DNA of 63,957 nt, filler included, from Trichomonas gallinae (Eukaryota), in assembly GCA_008369845.1 (NCBI GenBank). It is 9 parts of 9 records of this genome, joined end to end, with 100 filler letters (N's around TTAATTAATTAA, not from the genome) between each part and the next. Parts side by side here need not be neighbours in the genome. Positions count along the whole stretch, not along the records: positions 54,343 to 58,746 come from MRSU01000777.1; positions 58,847 to 60,753 come from MRSU01000778.1; positions 60,854 to 62,832 come from MRSU01000782.1; positions 62,933 to 63,957 come from MRSU01000861.1; 5 more parts are not named here. One strand, written 5' to 3'. Both the position numbers and the translations under genes were made by a program. Of this stretch, positions 55,185-63,957 are shown in pieces. Numbering within the stretch: position 1 is the stretch's first letter; the number at the start of each line of letters is the position of its first letter. The notes below the pieces were generated by a model. That model searched no databases, was not told the DNA's origin, and worked only from the letters and a program-made list of their open reading frames with translations.

Positions 55185-58100
55185 TTGGACTCTTTACCTT
55201 CATTAGCTCCTCTTGGGCATCCAGGGAAGAAACTAAGTGAGGCAATAGAGCTCCTGTTTAGTGATCTGAGTCTTGGGCAAATAATGGATGTTCGCTCTCG
55301 ATTAGGATTTATTTTGCATATTTGCTGCTGCACAAATGCGACAATCACTGTAAAATACATATTAAAACTCATGGAAATAACAGAACCAAGCAAAAAACAG
55401 TCGATTTCCTTGACATCAATCATTACATTTACTTTTAAATATATTTCAGAAACAAAAAAATCAGAATTAATCGAAATATATCGAAATTCTATAATGAAAC
55501 ATGCATGTTATAACGATTCCGAACATATTCAAGGCTTAATTCGATTTTTGCAGAACGGTGGAAGATTTTATTTCCCACTGCCTGAAGATTTGATGAAATT
55601 CTTTTTAAATTACTTCGAAAAACACAGTTTTGTAGCTGGGAAAGTAATATCATCGATAATAGAACTAAATCCAACGCGATATTCAAAAATATTTTGGGAA
55701 TGGTACGAAAAAACGCAAAATGATGGAAATTTCGATAATATATTCTCGCTTCTATCATTAATATGTGCTAGTAATGACCTTTTACCGCCAAAAAATGATT
55801 TCTTAGATAAAATAATTAAAAATTGCGAATCAATAATAGCATCAGACATATCTTTTGTTAGTACAGAATCTGCTCTGCAAGTTTATAAGTGGCTAATCAA
55901 GCATAAATATTGTGTTCCAACATTTTCTATTAATTTTAAGCAAATGAACTTATCAGCGATTGCTATATCATGCTATGCAGAATATGCACGATATGGGGAT
56001 TTATCAATACTTCCAGAATTACCAGAAACACAAGATCTAGTTTTGAGGGCCGCATATGCAGAAATGATATATAAAGCATCATTTAATCCAAACTACAGCA
56101 GTCTTAAAATCGATCATCCGATCTGGAAAGCGATAAAAAACGAGTTTTTCGATAAAAATTCAAATAATGAAGAAAAAGTCAATATTTTGCAACTATCAAT
56201 AGCTGAAATCGATGTTTGTATAGAACTAGCCCATCTTTTGCCTCCTTATTTCTTCGTTCACGCAATGAGAGCATCAACGCAAAATATTGATTTAATGAGC
56301 AGAATGATTTCGCTTGTCTGCGAGTGTCCTGAGCCTGTCCTTGTTGCATATTTGGAGGATTTTTATTCTTTTGTTGAGAGAATAATTAATAAATATCCTT
56401 CTTTGGCAAAACATCTAGCGAAATGCATAAGAAAACTGATTGTTCCACTTAGAAAATACATAGGAGATCTGCTTTCACGCATACATCCAATCAATTTCTT
56501 TAATATTGACGAATTATCCGCGAAATTTATTGTAATTGAGACTTTAATCTCTTTATCACGTGATTTAGAATATTTTCTTGATGATGTAGACTGTTTATGG
56601 GAAGTTTTACCATTTTGCAGGCTTTCACAGTCATTTTGTGTCGCTTTATTCAAATATTTCGAAGCAATTTCGAATTTTTCAGGAAAGGAGACAGAAATTA
56701 CAAACCTTGCCATATGTACAATCCTACCTATCTTTGGAATCGCTATGCCTCAAAATATCACGATTTTACAAGAAAAATTTTTCAAAGCTTGCTGCAATTT
56801 TTGCTCAGTTACTATTAATGACATTATATCAGATCCATTATTCGATCTAAAGAAGTCATTCCCTTTAGTTGGCGCCTGTTTAAGAGTTATTTGCGCGAAT
56901 CCAACAATAGACAACGAATTAACAAAAATATTCATCATGATATTACCTAGAATAGCCACAATTTGTCCAGCAGAAGCCACAGCAGCTGCAAACAAATATT
57001 TAGATCTCGGATTGAAAAAATACAAGAATGAGATGATGGTTTTCAGTGATTTTGTCAAACAATTCATTATTCAATGCACTGATGTACCTTTCATCATGCA
57101 GACTTCGATTTTCCAAGCTAAATTATCCAAATTAATCGGAATTGAAGCCCAAACACTCGCTAGCTCCGAGTTCTACAAACTAACTGATGATATAAGAGAC
57201 ACACGGCTTGTTATTTTGATGCAGAACGAATTCAGCACATTTTTGCTGACAAAACCGGAACAATTATCTATTTTACTCGAACAATGGTACACTGGGACTC
57301 CTGCTGTTCTATTGAATACTATCAAATCAGCTGCAGCCAAAACAGTTTCTCCCAGGGAATCACGACACTTCAGGGAGTTCATAGCTGCATTCGGAATAAG
57401 CCAGCCCGATTATTTAGGCGGAGATAACTGGGTGAAAAGAACATTCATCGACAACTATACACTTACCAAAGAAAATCTGAAATTTACCAAGAATCTGTCA
57501 GATGACAAAGCAAATCTGACATTTGTCAAAAGCAATTCAAATATCAAAGAAAATTTGACAGATAACAAAGAGAATCTGACAATTGTCAAAGAAACACGAA
57601 ACATCAAAAATGTATTAATGCAATTTCCAATAGAAGCTGATACTGAGATAGATAAGATCGCGACGTTTATTAAAGAACATATAGAAGACAAAAAACACAA
57701 ATATATAAATGAGGAAATCATCAAAGTTTATCTCGAAGAATTAAAATCAAGATTTTGGAGAGAAAAATGGTTCTATAGATCTTTAATTAAACTGGGAATT
57801 CCTCTCCCAGAAGGCTTGATTTCGTTCAAAGACAGCGATTCCTTCGTCAACGCTATACTATTGAGGCGCCATATGATACAGCCTTTGCTTCTTTCTGACA
57901 AAATTATGCCTGACTGGCTGCTTATCGAGCATGTCAGAATGATGGCAAAACCAACTCCGCGCATGACAGAAATCGTCAAAGCATTCGACTCAACAACTTT
58001 GAATTTGATATTCTGGGCAAGGACTAACACGAAGCCTGACTTCAAGTCAAATCTGCCAAGTATTATTATGCACTCTTTAATGTCATATGTAGATTTCGCG

Positions 58101-58448
58101 CTTTCTCTTGAAGAAGCTGGCGAACCGGATAAATTCGTCGAATCATTGAGTTCGCAGATAGAAGAGATCACGGCTATGATGAACAGCTGTGATTGGCGAA
58201 ATCCGACTTTTTTCATAACTTTGCTCAATTTTACTATATCGTTAATATCTTTTGCACCGAACGAAGAAAGACTTTACAAGTCGGTTTTGTCTGTTATATT
58301 ATACATCAGCAAGTCTTCAACTGCTCCAATATTTGAGGCATCTGATGTATTAAATAAACTTGCTTCACATTCTGGTGTGAAACAGTTGCCAAAAGGATTC
58401 GCACAAGGAAAATTCGCTGCATTGAGCAGCAAAATGTTAGTAAATTAA
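55185..58448 (+). CDS. Large alpha-helical (ARM/HEAT-like) hypothetical protein; first ATG at 55284
   Basis: 3.2-kb open frame with Leu/Ile/Phe/Cys-rich helical character; start codon uncertain (TTG 55185 or ATG 55284). Confidence 0.75.
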   Translation: MDSLPSLAPLGHPGKKLSEAIELLFSDLSLGQIMDVRSRLGFILHICCCTNATITVKYILKLMEITEPSKKQSISLTSIITFTFKYISETKKSELIEIYRNSIMKHACYNDSEHIQGLIRFLQNGGRFYFPLPEDLMKFFLNYFEKHSFVAGKVISSIIELNPTRYSKIFWEWYEKTQNDGNFDNIFSLLSLICASNDLLPPKNDFLDKIIKNCESIIASDISFVSTESALQVYKWLIKHKYCVPTFSINFKQMNLSAIAISCYAEYARYGDLSILPELPETQDLVLRAAYAEMIYKASFNPNYSSLKIDHPIWKAIKNEFFDKNSNNEEKVNILQLSIAEIDVCIELAHLLPPYFFVHAMRASTQNIDLMSRMISLVCECPEPVLVAYLEDFYSFVERIINKYPSLAKHLAKCIRKLIVPLRKYIGDLLSRIHPINFFNIDELSAKFIVIETLISLSRDLEYFLDDVDCLWEVLPFCRLSQSFCVALFKYFEAISNFSGKETEITNLAICTILPIFGIAMPQNITILQEKFFKACCNFCSVTINDIISDPLFDLKKSFPLVGACLRVICANPTIDNELTKIFIMILPRIATICPAEATAAANKYLDLGLKKYKNEMMVFSDFVKQFIIQCTDVPFIMQTSIFQAKLSKLIGIEAQTLASSEFYKLTDDIRDTRLVILMQNEFSTFLLTKPEQLSILLEQWYTGTPAVLLNTIKSAAAKTVSPRESRHFREFIAAFGISQPDYLGGDNWVKRTFIDNYTLTKENLKFTKNLSDDKANLTFVKSNSNIKENLTDNKENLTIVKETRNIKNVLMQFPIEADTEIDKIATFIKEHIEDKKHKYINEEIIKVYLEELKSRFWREKWFYRSLIKLGIPLPEGLISFKDSDSFVNAILLRRHMIQPLLLSDKIMPDWLLIEHVRMMAKPTPRMTEIVKAFDSTTLNLIFWARTNTKPDFKSNLPSIIMHSLMSYVDFALSLEEAGEPDKFVESLSSQIEEITAMMNSCDWRNPTFFITLLNFTISLISFAPNEERLYKSVLSVILYISKSSTAPIFEASDVLNKLASHSGVKQLPKGFAQGKFAALSSKMLVN

Positions 58449-58677
58449 TGTTAGTATTTGTTTTATATCAAAATAGTTTTCTAACTATAATTATTCTCGA
58501 AATTGGATGTTATTTAACACTGTTATTTGATTATATGAAGTAAAATCTCCATTGAATTTGATAGCTATTAGTGTATTATTTGAATTATGCCCCAAACTAT
58601 TCAATTGAATGATAACAATATTGAATGGCGATTCATTATTAATATGCTGTACTTGAAAAGAATTTAATTAATGTGAA

Positions 58678-58746
58678 GCGCCGTTGGCCCAATTGGATAA
58701 GGCGACTGCCTACGGAGCAGTAGAGTCCAGGTTCAAGTCCTGGACG
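58678..58746 (+). tRNA. tRNA-Arg(ACG), 3' end cut by the contig edge
   Basis: GCGCCGT acceptor; D-arm GGCCCAATTGGATAAGGC; anticodon stem ACTGC/GCAGT with loop CTACGGA; T-arm CCAGGTTCAAGTCCTGG. Confidence 0.93.
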
Positions 58747-58846
58747 NNNNNNNNNNNNNNNNNNNNNNNNNNNNNNNNNNNNNNNNNNNNTTAATTAATT
58801 AANNNNNNNNNNNNNNNNNNNNNNNNNNNNNNNNNNNNNNNNNNNN

Positions 58847-59085
58847 ATATATAAAAGAATGTGTGAAAATGGGGATGTGTTTGCTATAATTATGATTTCT
58901 TTAATGATAGATAACGTTTTACCCTTAAATTGTTTGCCTATTGCTGCAGTTATTGAATTATAATAAACATTAGAATATGGAATTTTTGATAGCACCTCTT
59001 TATTCAATGAATCTTTATTTTTAGTTAATTCATCATTTATCATATTATCTATATATTCATTATAAATAGATTGAAGGTCTTCCAT
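58847..59085 (-). CDS. 3'-truncated ORF tightly linked to the putative capsid gene, function unknown
   Basis: ATG in TAAATG context 23 bp after the stop of the 542-aa ORF; frame open to the contig edge. Confidence 0.6.
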
Positions 59086-59108
59086 TTAAACAAAAATAAA
59101 ATAATTAA

Positions 59109-60737
59109 TTATAACCCGTTATCGATATCATATTGACTCTTGAACTGTGGTGGTGTTCCTGTTTTATGATATTTCAGACCATTTTGAGGGTCCCACGTCC
59201 AGTATGTTGTACGAGTAAACCAAAACTGTGGTGGTGTTGTTATCTTTGAGCAATATGTATCATTTTCACCTTGATAAATTGGGAATGCCTTTAAAGCAAC
59301 TGTTACGCTCGTATTTCCAGTTTCAATACCATCAAAGAATATACCTTTACCATCTCTCTGTGTTGAAATTGTGCATAAGAATGATGTTTGATCTTTCCAT
59401 GTACGAGCTAATGGTGTTCCATCATCCGCATTAAGTGGTCTAGTTAATGAGTCCTCATATTCTTCAGTGCATTCATGAATTCCTTCTAAGTCAGAAGCCT
59501 GAAGCATTCTAGTAAAGAATATATCACCAATCGTCGTCATTTCCTTCTCTGGATAATTTCTACCATCAATAGTGATCTGAAGACCGCGCAACATTGGATT
59601 CTCTAAAACTGTTTGTTGAAGTGGTGATTTCGGAAATGCTAAAACAACATCAGAAACATTGTGTAGAGCATAAGTGAAATCGGAACTAATACCTTCTGGT
59701 GATACACATCCATTATTTAAGCTTCTAATATCAAGTTGCTGAGATGGAACGAAATATGGATCCTGTGTAGTGAATAAACGAGGAATAGCTCTAATTGATT
59801 CTTCAGTGAGTCCATAACCAGGAATAATTGCTTTATCTTCTAACACAACCATATTTGTACATCTTAACGTAACTGGTGCAATGGTAGGAACGCCAGTGCC
59901 TGTTGCTATATTTGTGATTAAGTTAGCTGGCAATCCTATTTGCTGGAATTTACGGTCATATTTAAATGATGTCTCTAATATCTTTACATAGTTTTCATCC
60001 GTTATTTTTTCATATACATAATTCTGTAAATCTGCAACTCTTGTGGGATCAACTTGACAGAAAACCAATGAATCTTTATTGATATAATACTTTAAAATAA
60101 TTTCTCCAAATGTCTTTGGGTAATCATCGAAAGCTTGAAATGCTAATAAGTCATTAACATGAATGATTAAATCGAACTCAATATCGGTTGTTGCACCATC
60201 GTTCTTAAATACATCAGATGGGTCAATATATTTACCAGCTACTGAATTATCATATTTCTGGACATTATTATATAGTGAATGAACAAATTTCTTAACCTTC
60301 CTTTCCGACTTTGGTTTATATGTTGCATAAGTAAAAGATTCACGTACCATTTCCATTTGTAAATAACCAGCATCACCTCTGTCAGTTTCAACTTCTAACT
60401 GTCTCATGTTTTGATTGCTTGATTTATAACCAATAAATATTCTCATACATTTAAGGGATGGATCACATGTAAAGGCTTTACTTGATTCAATGGTGGCTCT
60501 AACTCTACGTTTAATATATGTTTTACCTAACTGGTTAACATCATGAGCATTATTTGTGATCTTTAAATGTGTTTGCTTTGTGTAATCATAAGGAGCATCG
60601 GAATCAAAACATGAGTTTTCAAGTTCTCTATAATATCTCCTTCCGTCGTTTTTCGCAATTATTTCATTTATCTTTTCGAATGAATGAAATACATTTCCAT
60701 TAATTGGTTTAGTGTTTGGGATCAGGTAGTTTGTCAT
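59109..60737 (-). CDS. Probable major capsid protein (double jelly-roll) of an endogenous Polinton/Maverick-like DNA virus
   Basis: 542-aa beta-rich ORF; RIFIGYKSS, LIIHVNDLLAFQAFDDYP..FGEIILK, HNVSDVVLAFPK, ENP....LQITIDGRNYP and ASDL.....CTEEYEDSL motifs; A/T-ending codons; compact gene spacing. Confidence 0.65.
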   Translation of the reverse strand: MTNYLIPNTKPINGNVFHSFEKINEIIAKNDGRRYYRELENSCFDSDAPYDYTKQTHLKITNNAHDVNQLGKTYIKRRVRATIESSKAFTCDPSLKCMRIFIGYKSSNQNMRQLEVETDRGDAGYLQMEMVRESFTYATYKPKSERKVKKFVHSLYNNVQKYDNSVAGKYIDPSDVFKNDGATTDIEFDLIIHVNDLLAFQAFDDYPKTFGEIILKYYINKDSLVFCQVDPTRVADLQNYVYEKITDENYVKILETSFKYDRKFQQIGLPANLITNIATGTGVPTIAPVTLRCTNMVVLEDKAIIPGYGLTEESIRAIPRLFTTQDPYFVPSQQLDIRSLNNGCVSPEGISSDFTYALHNVSDVVLAFPKSPLQQTVLENPMLRGLQITIDGRNYPEKEMTTIGDIFFTRMLQASDLEGIHECTEEYEDSLTRPLNADDGTPLARTWKDQTSFLCTISTQRDGKGIFFDGIETGNTSVTVALKAFPIYQGENDTYCSKITTPPQFWFTRTTYWTWDPQNGLKYHKTGTPPQFKSQYDIDNGL

Positions 60738-60853
60738 TTATGAAGTAATAAAANNNNNNNNNNNNNNNNNNNNNNNNNNNNNNNNNNNNNNNNNNNNTTA
60801 ATTAATTAANNNNNNNNNNNNNNNNNNNNNNNNNNNNNNNNNNNNNNNNNNNN

Positions 60854-62832
60854 ACAGTGACACTAGATGAAATTGTGTATATTGTGTATAATGTCCCTGG
60901 ATCCGTGATGTCATCATCGTTGCAATAGAAGACGCTGATATTCTTGCAGAATGGGAATGAATAGAAATCTAATTTTGCTTTATCAGTCAGATAAACTTTC
61001 TCTAAACTCCAACAATCTTTGAATGCATCTTCTTTCACAGTGACATCATAACTTAATATTACAATCTTTAATCGTGCGCAACCTTCAAAAGCTTTAGAAC
61101 CAACTAAACATTTATTTGGTATTGTGATCTTTGTTAGTGGGCAACAATAGAAACAATAATTATCGATAATATCGATTTCAGTATTGAATTTTATATGCCT
61201 TAAAGATGTGCAGTTATAAAATATAGACGAATTAAGAACTTTGATTGAATTTGGAATTGTAATTGATTCAAATAATGCACAATTAGTGAAAGCACCGCCT
61301 TTAATACTTATTACACTTTCTGGGATATCAAAAGTTTTTAATCTAGAACAAGAACTAAAAGAACTTGAACCAATAGACTTAATAAATTTAGGAAATTCTA
61401 AGTTGACTAAACTATAGCAATTAATAAAAATTCCATCAGGAATATACTCAATATTTTTAGGGAATTTGAAAGATGAAAGTCTGTAGCAATTATGAAATGA
61501 ATGGTTTCCAATACTTTTGCAATTATTGTTTGACATATCAAAATTTATTAAATGCTCACATCCAAAAAATGCATTATTGCCTATTATGTCAATGATTTTA
61601 TTAATATTAATTATTTTTAACTGATGGCAATATTGAAAACAATAATTTGGGATTGATGTGATTTTAGATCCCAATGTCACAGTTTCAAGGTTAAAACAAG
61701 ATGCAAATGCCTGTTCTCCAATTGATTCAATGTTGTTGTCAATGTTGAAGTTAGTTAAGTATAAACATCCTGAATACGCACCTTTCACAATTTTGTCCCT
61801 TATATTTGGATATTTTACATTTGTCAAACTTTTGCATCCACCAAAAACAAAATGATCTAATGAGATGTTTGAAGAATAAAATATCATACTTTTTATTCCG
61901 CTCTCATAAAATGCATAACTTTCGATTACATTAACAGATGAAGGAATTGAAATAGATACAAGTTTTGAGCAATAACTGAATAAGGAATATTTAATGGTAT
62001 TAATCGTTGATGGTAGCGTTATTGATGATATTCCTGTTTTTAAAAATGCTGATTCGTCAATAAAAATTACTGTAGAAGGAATTGATACTGATGTTAATTG
62101 ATCACAATTACAAAATGCATATTTACCTATTTTGTAAATTGTCGAAAAAGATCTAGATGTTGATTGAAAGTAGTAAGTTGAGGAAATGAATTTAGTAATT
62201 TTTTGCCAACCTGAAAATGCTCCATCAGGTACATAATTTAAGTTTGGATATGTGATGGAATTTAGATTGTAAGAGCTAAAAAATACATCTGAACCTAAAG
62301 AAATGTTGACAGATTCAATTATCACAGATTTTAATTGAATACAATGACTGAAACAGCTACCTCCAATATATCGAACAGAAGCAGGTATTGTAACTGTTAT
62401 TAAAGGTGTTGAACAAAATGATATTGATTCAATAGTTTCTAATTTGTTTGGAAAGTGAATTGAAGATACACAAGTTTGATAAAAAGATGCATCACCAATA
62501 CGAATAACGTTTGAATGAAGATAAATTGTTCCAAGGTTTTGACAATAATAAAACAAATATCGAGGAATTATAACAATACTTTGAGGGGTTGTAAAAGAAG
62601 TAATCAAATTGCAATATCCAAATGCCCATTCACCTAATTTTTGAATATTTGAAAGAGGAAATAATGACAGTTTTTGGCAATAATGAAATGCATGTTCTCC
62701 AATTTCTGTGATTTGGTTGTAGTTGTTGATAGAAGCTAATTGTTGACATGAATAAAACGTGTAACTTTTTATAACAGTAATAAAAGATGAAAAATAGAAT
62801 GATGTAATGCTCGTTTGATAAAATGAGTAGTT
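60854..62832 (-). CDS. BspA-family (TpLRR) leucine-rich repeat surface protein, truncated at both ends
   Basis: Many L..I.IP.SV..I...AF..C..L repeats; the frame is open from 62832 across the whole contig. Confidence 0.95.
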
Positions 62833-62932
62833 NNNNNNNNNNNNNNNNNNNNNNNNNNNNNNNNNNNNNNNNNNNNTTAATTAATTAANNNNNNNNNNNN
62901 NNNNNNNNNNNNNNNNNNNNNNNNNNNNNNNN

Positions 62933-63957
62933 CTGGATACAAAACACCGATTCAGATTGACCACAGTTATGATAACGAACAGCTTCAGTGCTCTATCATT
63001 AATGCACAAAAACAAAATATTGCTCATAAGCCTCCATCTACTGATAAATGCTATAGCATACTCAAGGTGGTTTTAAAGCCTGTAGTTCTTCAAATCTGGC
63101 TCAAACGAAGAAGGTTAGAACTGGAACATCATTAATGGGACAATTTACGGAAATCCAAAAATTGGTCATAGAAGATAGTGTTTGCATGAAAACCTTGAAA
63201 AGACTACTTTTGGTGGTGCTCGTAAGGGAAATTTCTTGACTATGGCCATGAAATGTTTTGATTCTGACTCAGGTTGGCACAACGAACTGTAAAATCGAGA
63301 TAATGTTTTGTTCACAGCTTATCCATCACCAGGATACTTCCCTATTGATTATATATATCCATACTGGAGTTTTTGGTCTGAATCGATGTCTTCAGTATCA
63401 TGAGCAACAGTTTCTGTTAAAATAAATGGTGTTTCTCAGACTGTTTCAGTTAATGAGCTAGAAGGTTCATATTATGAGAGAGCAGCAGTTGTGTTCAGAA
63501 TTATTGATTATAATAATGATAACTATCCATTCACAGACATGCTAGGAAAACGAATTGATGTTACCATCACACAAGGAGGAAAAAGCTGGGAATACACAAT
63601 CTATCCATTTGATTGTAAAGAATGGAAAGATATTCCTCCACCAACACCATCTCGATCTCCTTCTCCGTCCCCATCAAGATCACCTACAAAGTCTCCTTCA
63701 AGATCTCCTACAAGATCACCTACAAGATCGCCAACAAGATCACCAACAAAGAAGTCAACACCAATTATTCCAAATGTAACACCAAAGCCAGAAATTCCAA
63801 CACATTCAATCACAACAAAAGATAAGCCATCGCAATCACAATCACAGGAAAACATGCCAACAACATCGATCACAGGTGGAATTGATGCTGGACAAGAAGG
63901 AACAGGCGGCAATAACAATAACAAGATCAAAGAGAAGAGCATGCTATTCCCTATCAT
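62933..63957 (+). pseudogene. Pseudogene of a CAP/SCP-like domain surface protein with a Ser/Pro/Thr stalk
   Basis: AHKPPSTDKCY/TQGGFKACSSSNLA/GNPKIGHRR*CL...AYPSPGYFP; two frameshifts and three stops; then an RSPT-repeat stalk. Confidence 0.7.
63634..63763 (+). repeat. 12-bp tandem repeat encoding RSP(T/S)
   Basis: AGATC(A/T/G)CC(T/A)ACA units. Confidence 0.85.

Noticed and set aside
846..58228. Many short ORFs overlapping long genes on other frames or strands
   Set aside because: Most start at TTG/GTG, lack motifs and are expected shadows of real CDSs
58678..60853. Putative viral element apparently integrated at tRNA-Arg and next to BspA
   Set aside because: The tRNA, viral contig and BspA are separated by artificial linkers, so the adjacency is unsupported
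15729..62932. Regularly recurring TTAATTAATTAA palindrome
   Set aside because: It is an artificial six-frame-stop linker embedded in Ns; not biological and not a CRISPR repeat
63601..63957. Minus-strand 118-aa ORF with VGDL repeats
   Set aside because: Antisense shadow of the plus-strand RSPT repeat

Overview
AT-rich eukaryotic DNA from a trichomonad (Trichomonas vaginalis or a close relative). The evidence is intronless genes, Inr/M2/M3/M5-type promoter motifs, a BspA LRR gene, R2R3 Myb genes, Gly-rich proteins and an alpha-tubulin without a terminal Tyr. The window is nine contigs joined by eight artificial 100-bp N-TTAATTAATTAA-N linkers, so adjacency across linkers is not biological evidence. 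Ordinary content: RPS16, Maf1, partial SAM synthetase, two CAMK-type kinases, three Myb genes, a BEACH protein, helical-repeat and coiled-coil proteins, a kexin-like protease, two truncated tRNAs and several pseudogenes. The most notable items are (1) a 1.9-kb contig that looks like an endogenous Polinton/Maverick-like virus fragment encoding a probable divergent major capsid protein; (2) a membrane-anchored protein resembling bacterial GT80/GT52 sialyltransferases; (3) a circularly permuted 2279-bp unit encoding an ALK/LTK-like Gly-rich plus Cys-rich protein; (4) a 13-bp intergenic motif TTTACATGWCAAA seen 8 times; (5) a nested MITE-like hairpin. All family calls come from reading motifs by eye; no searches were run.
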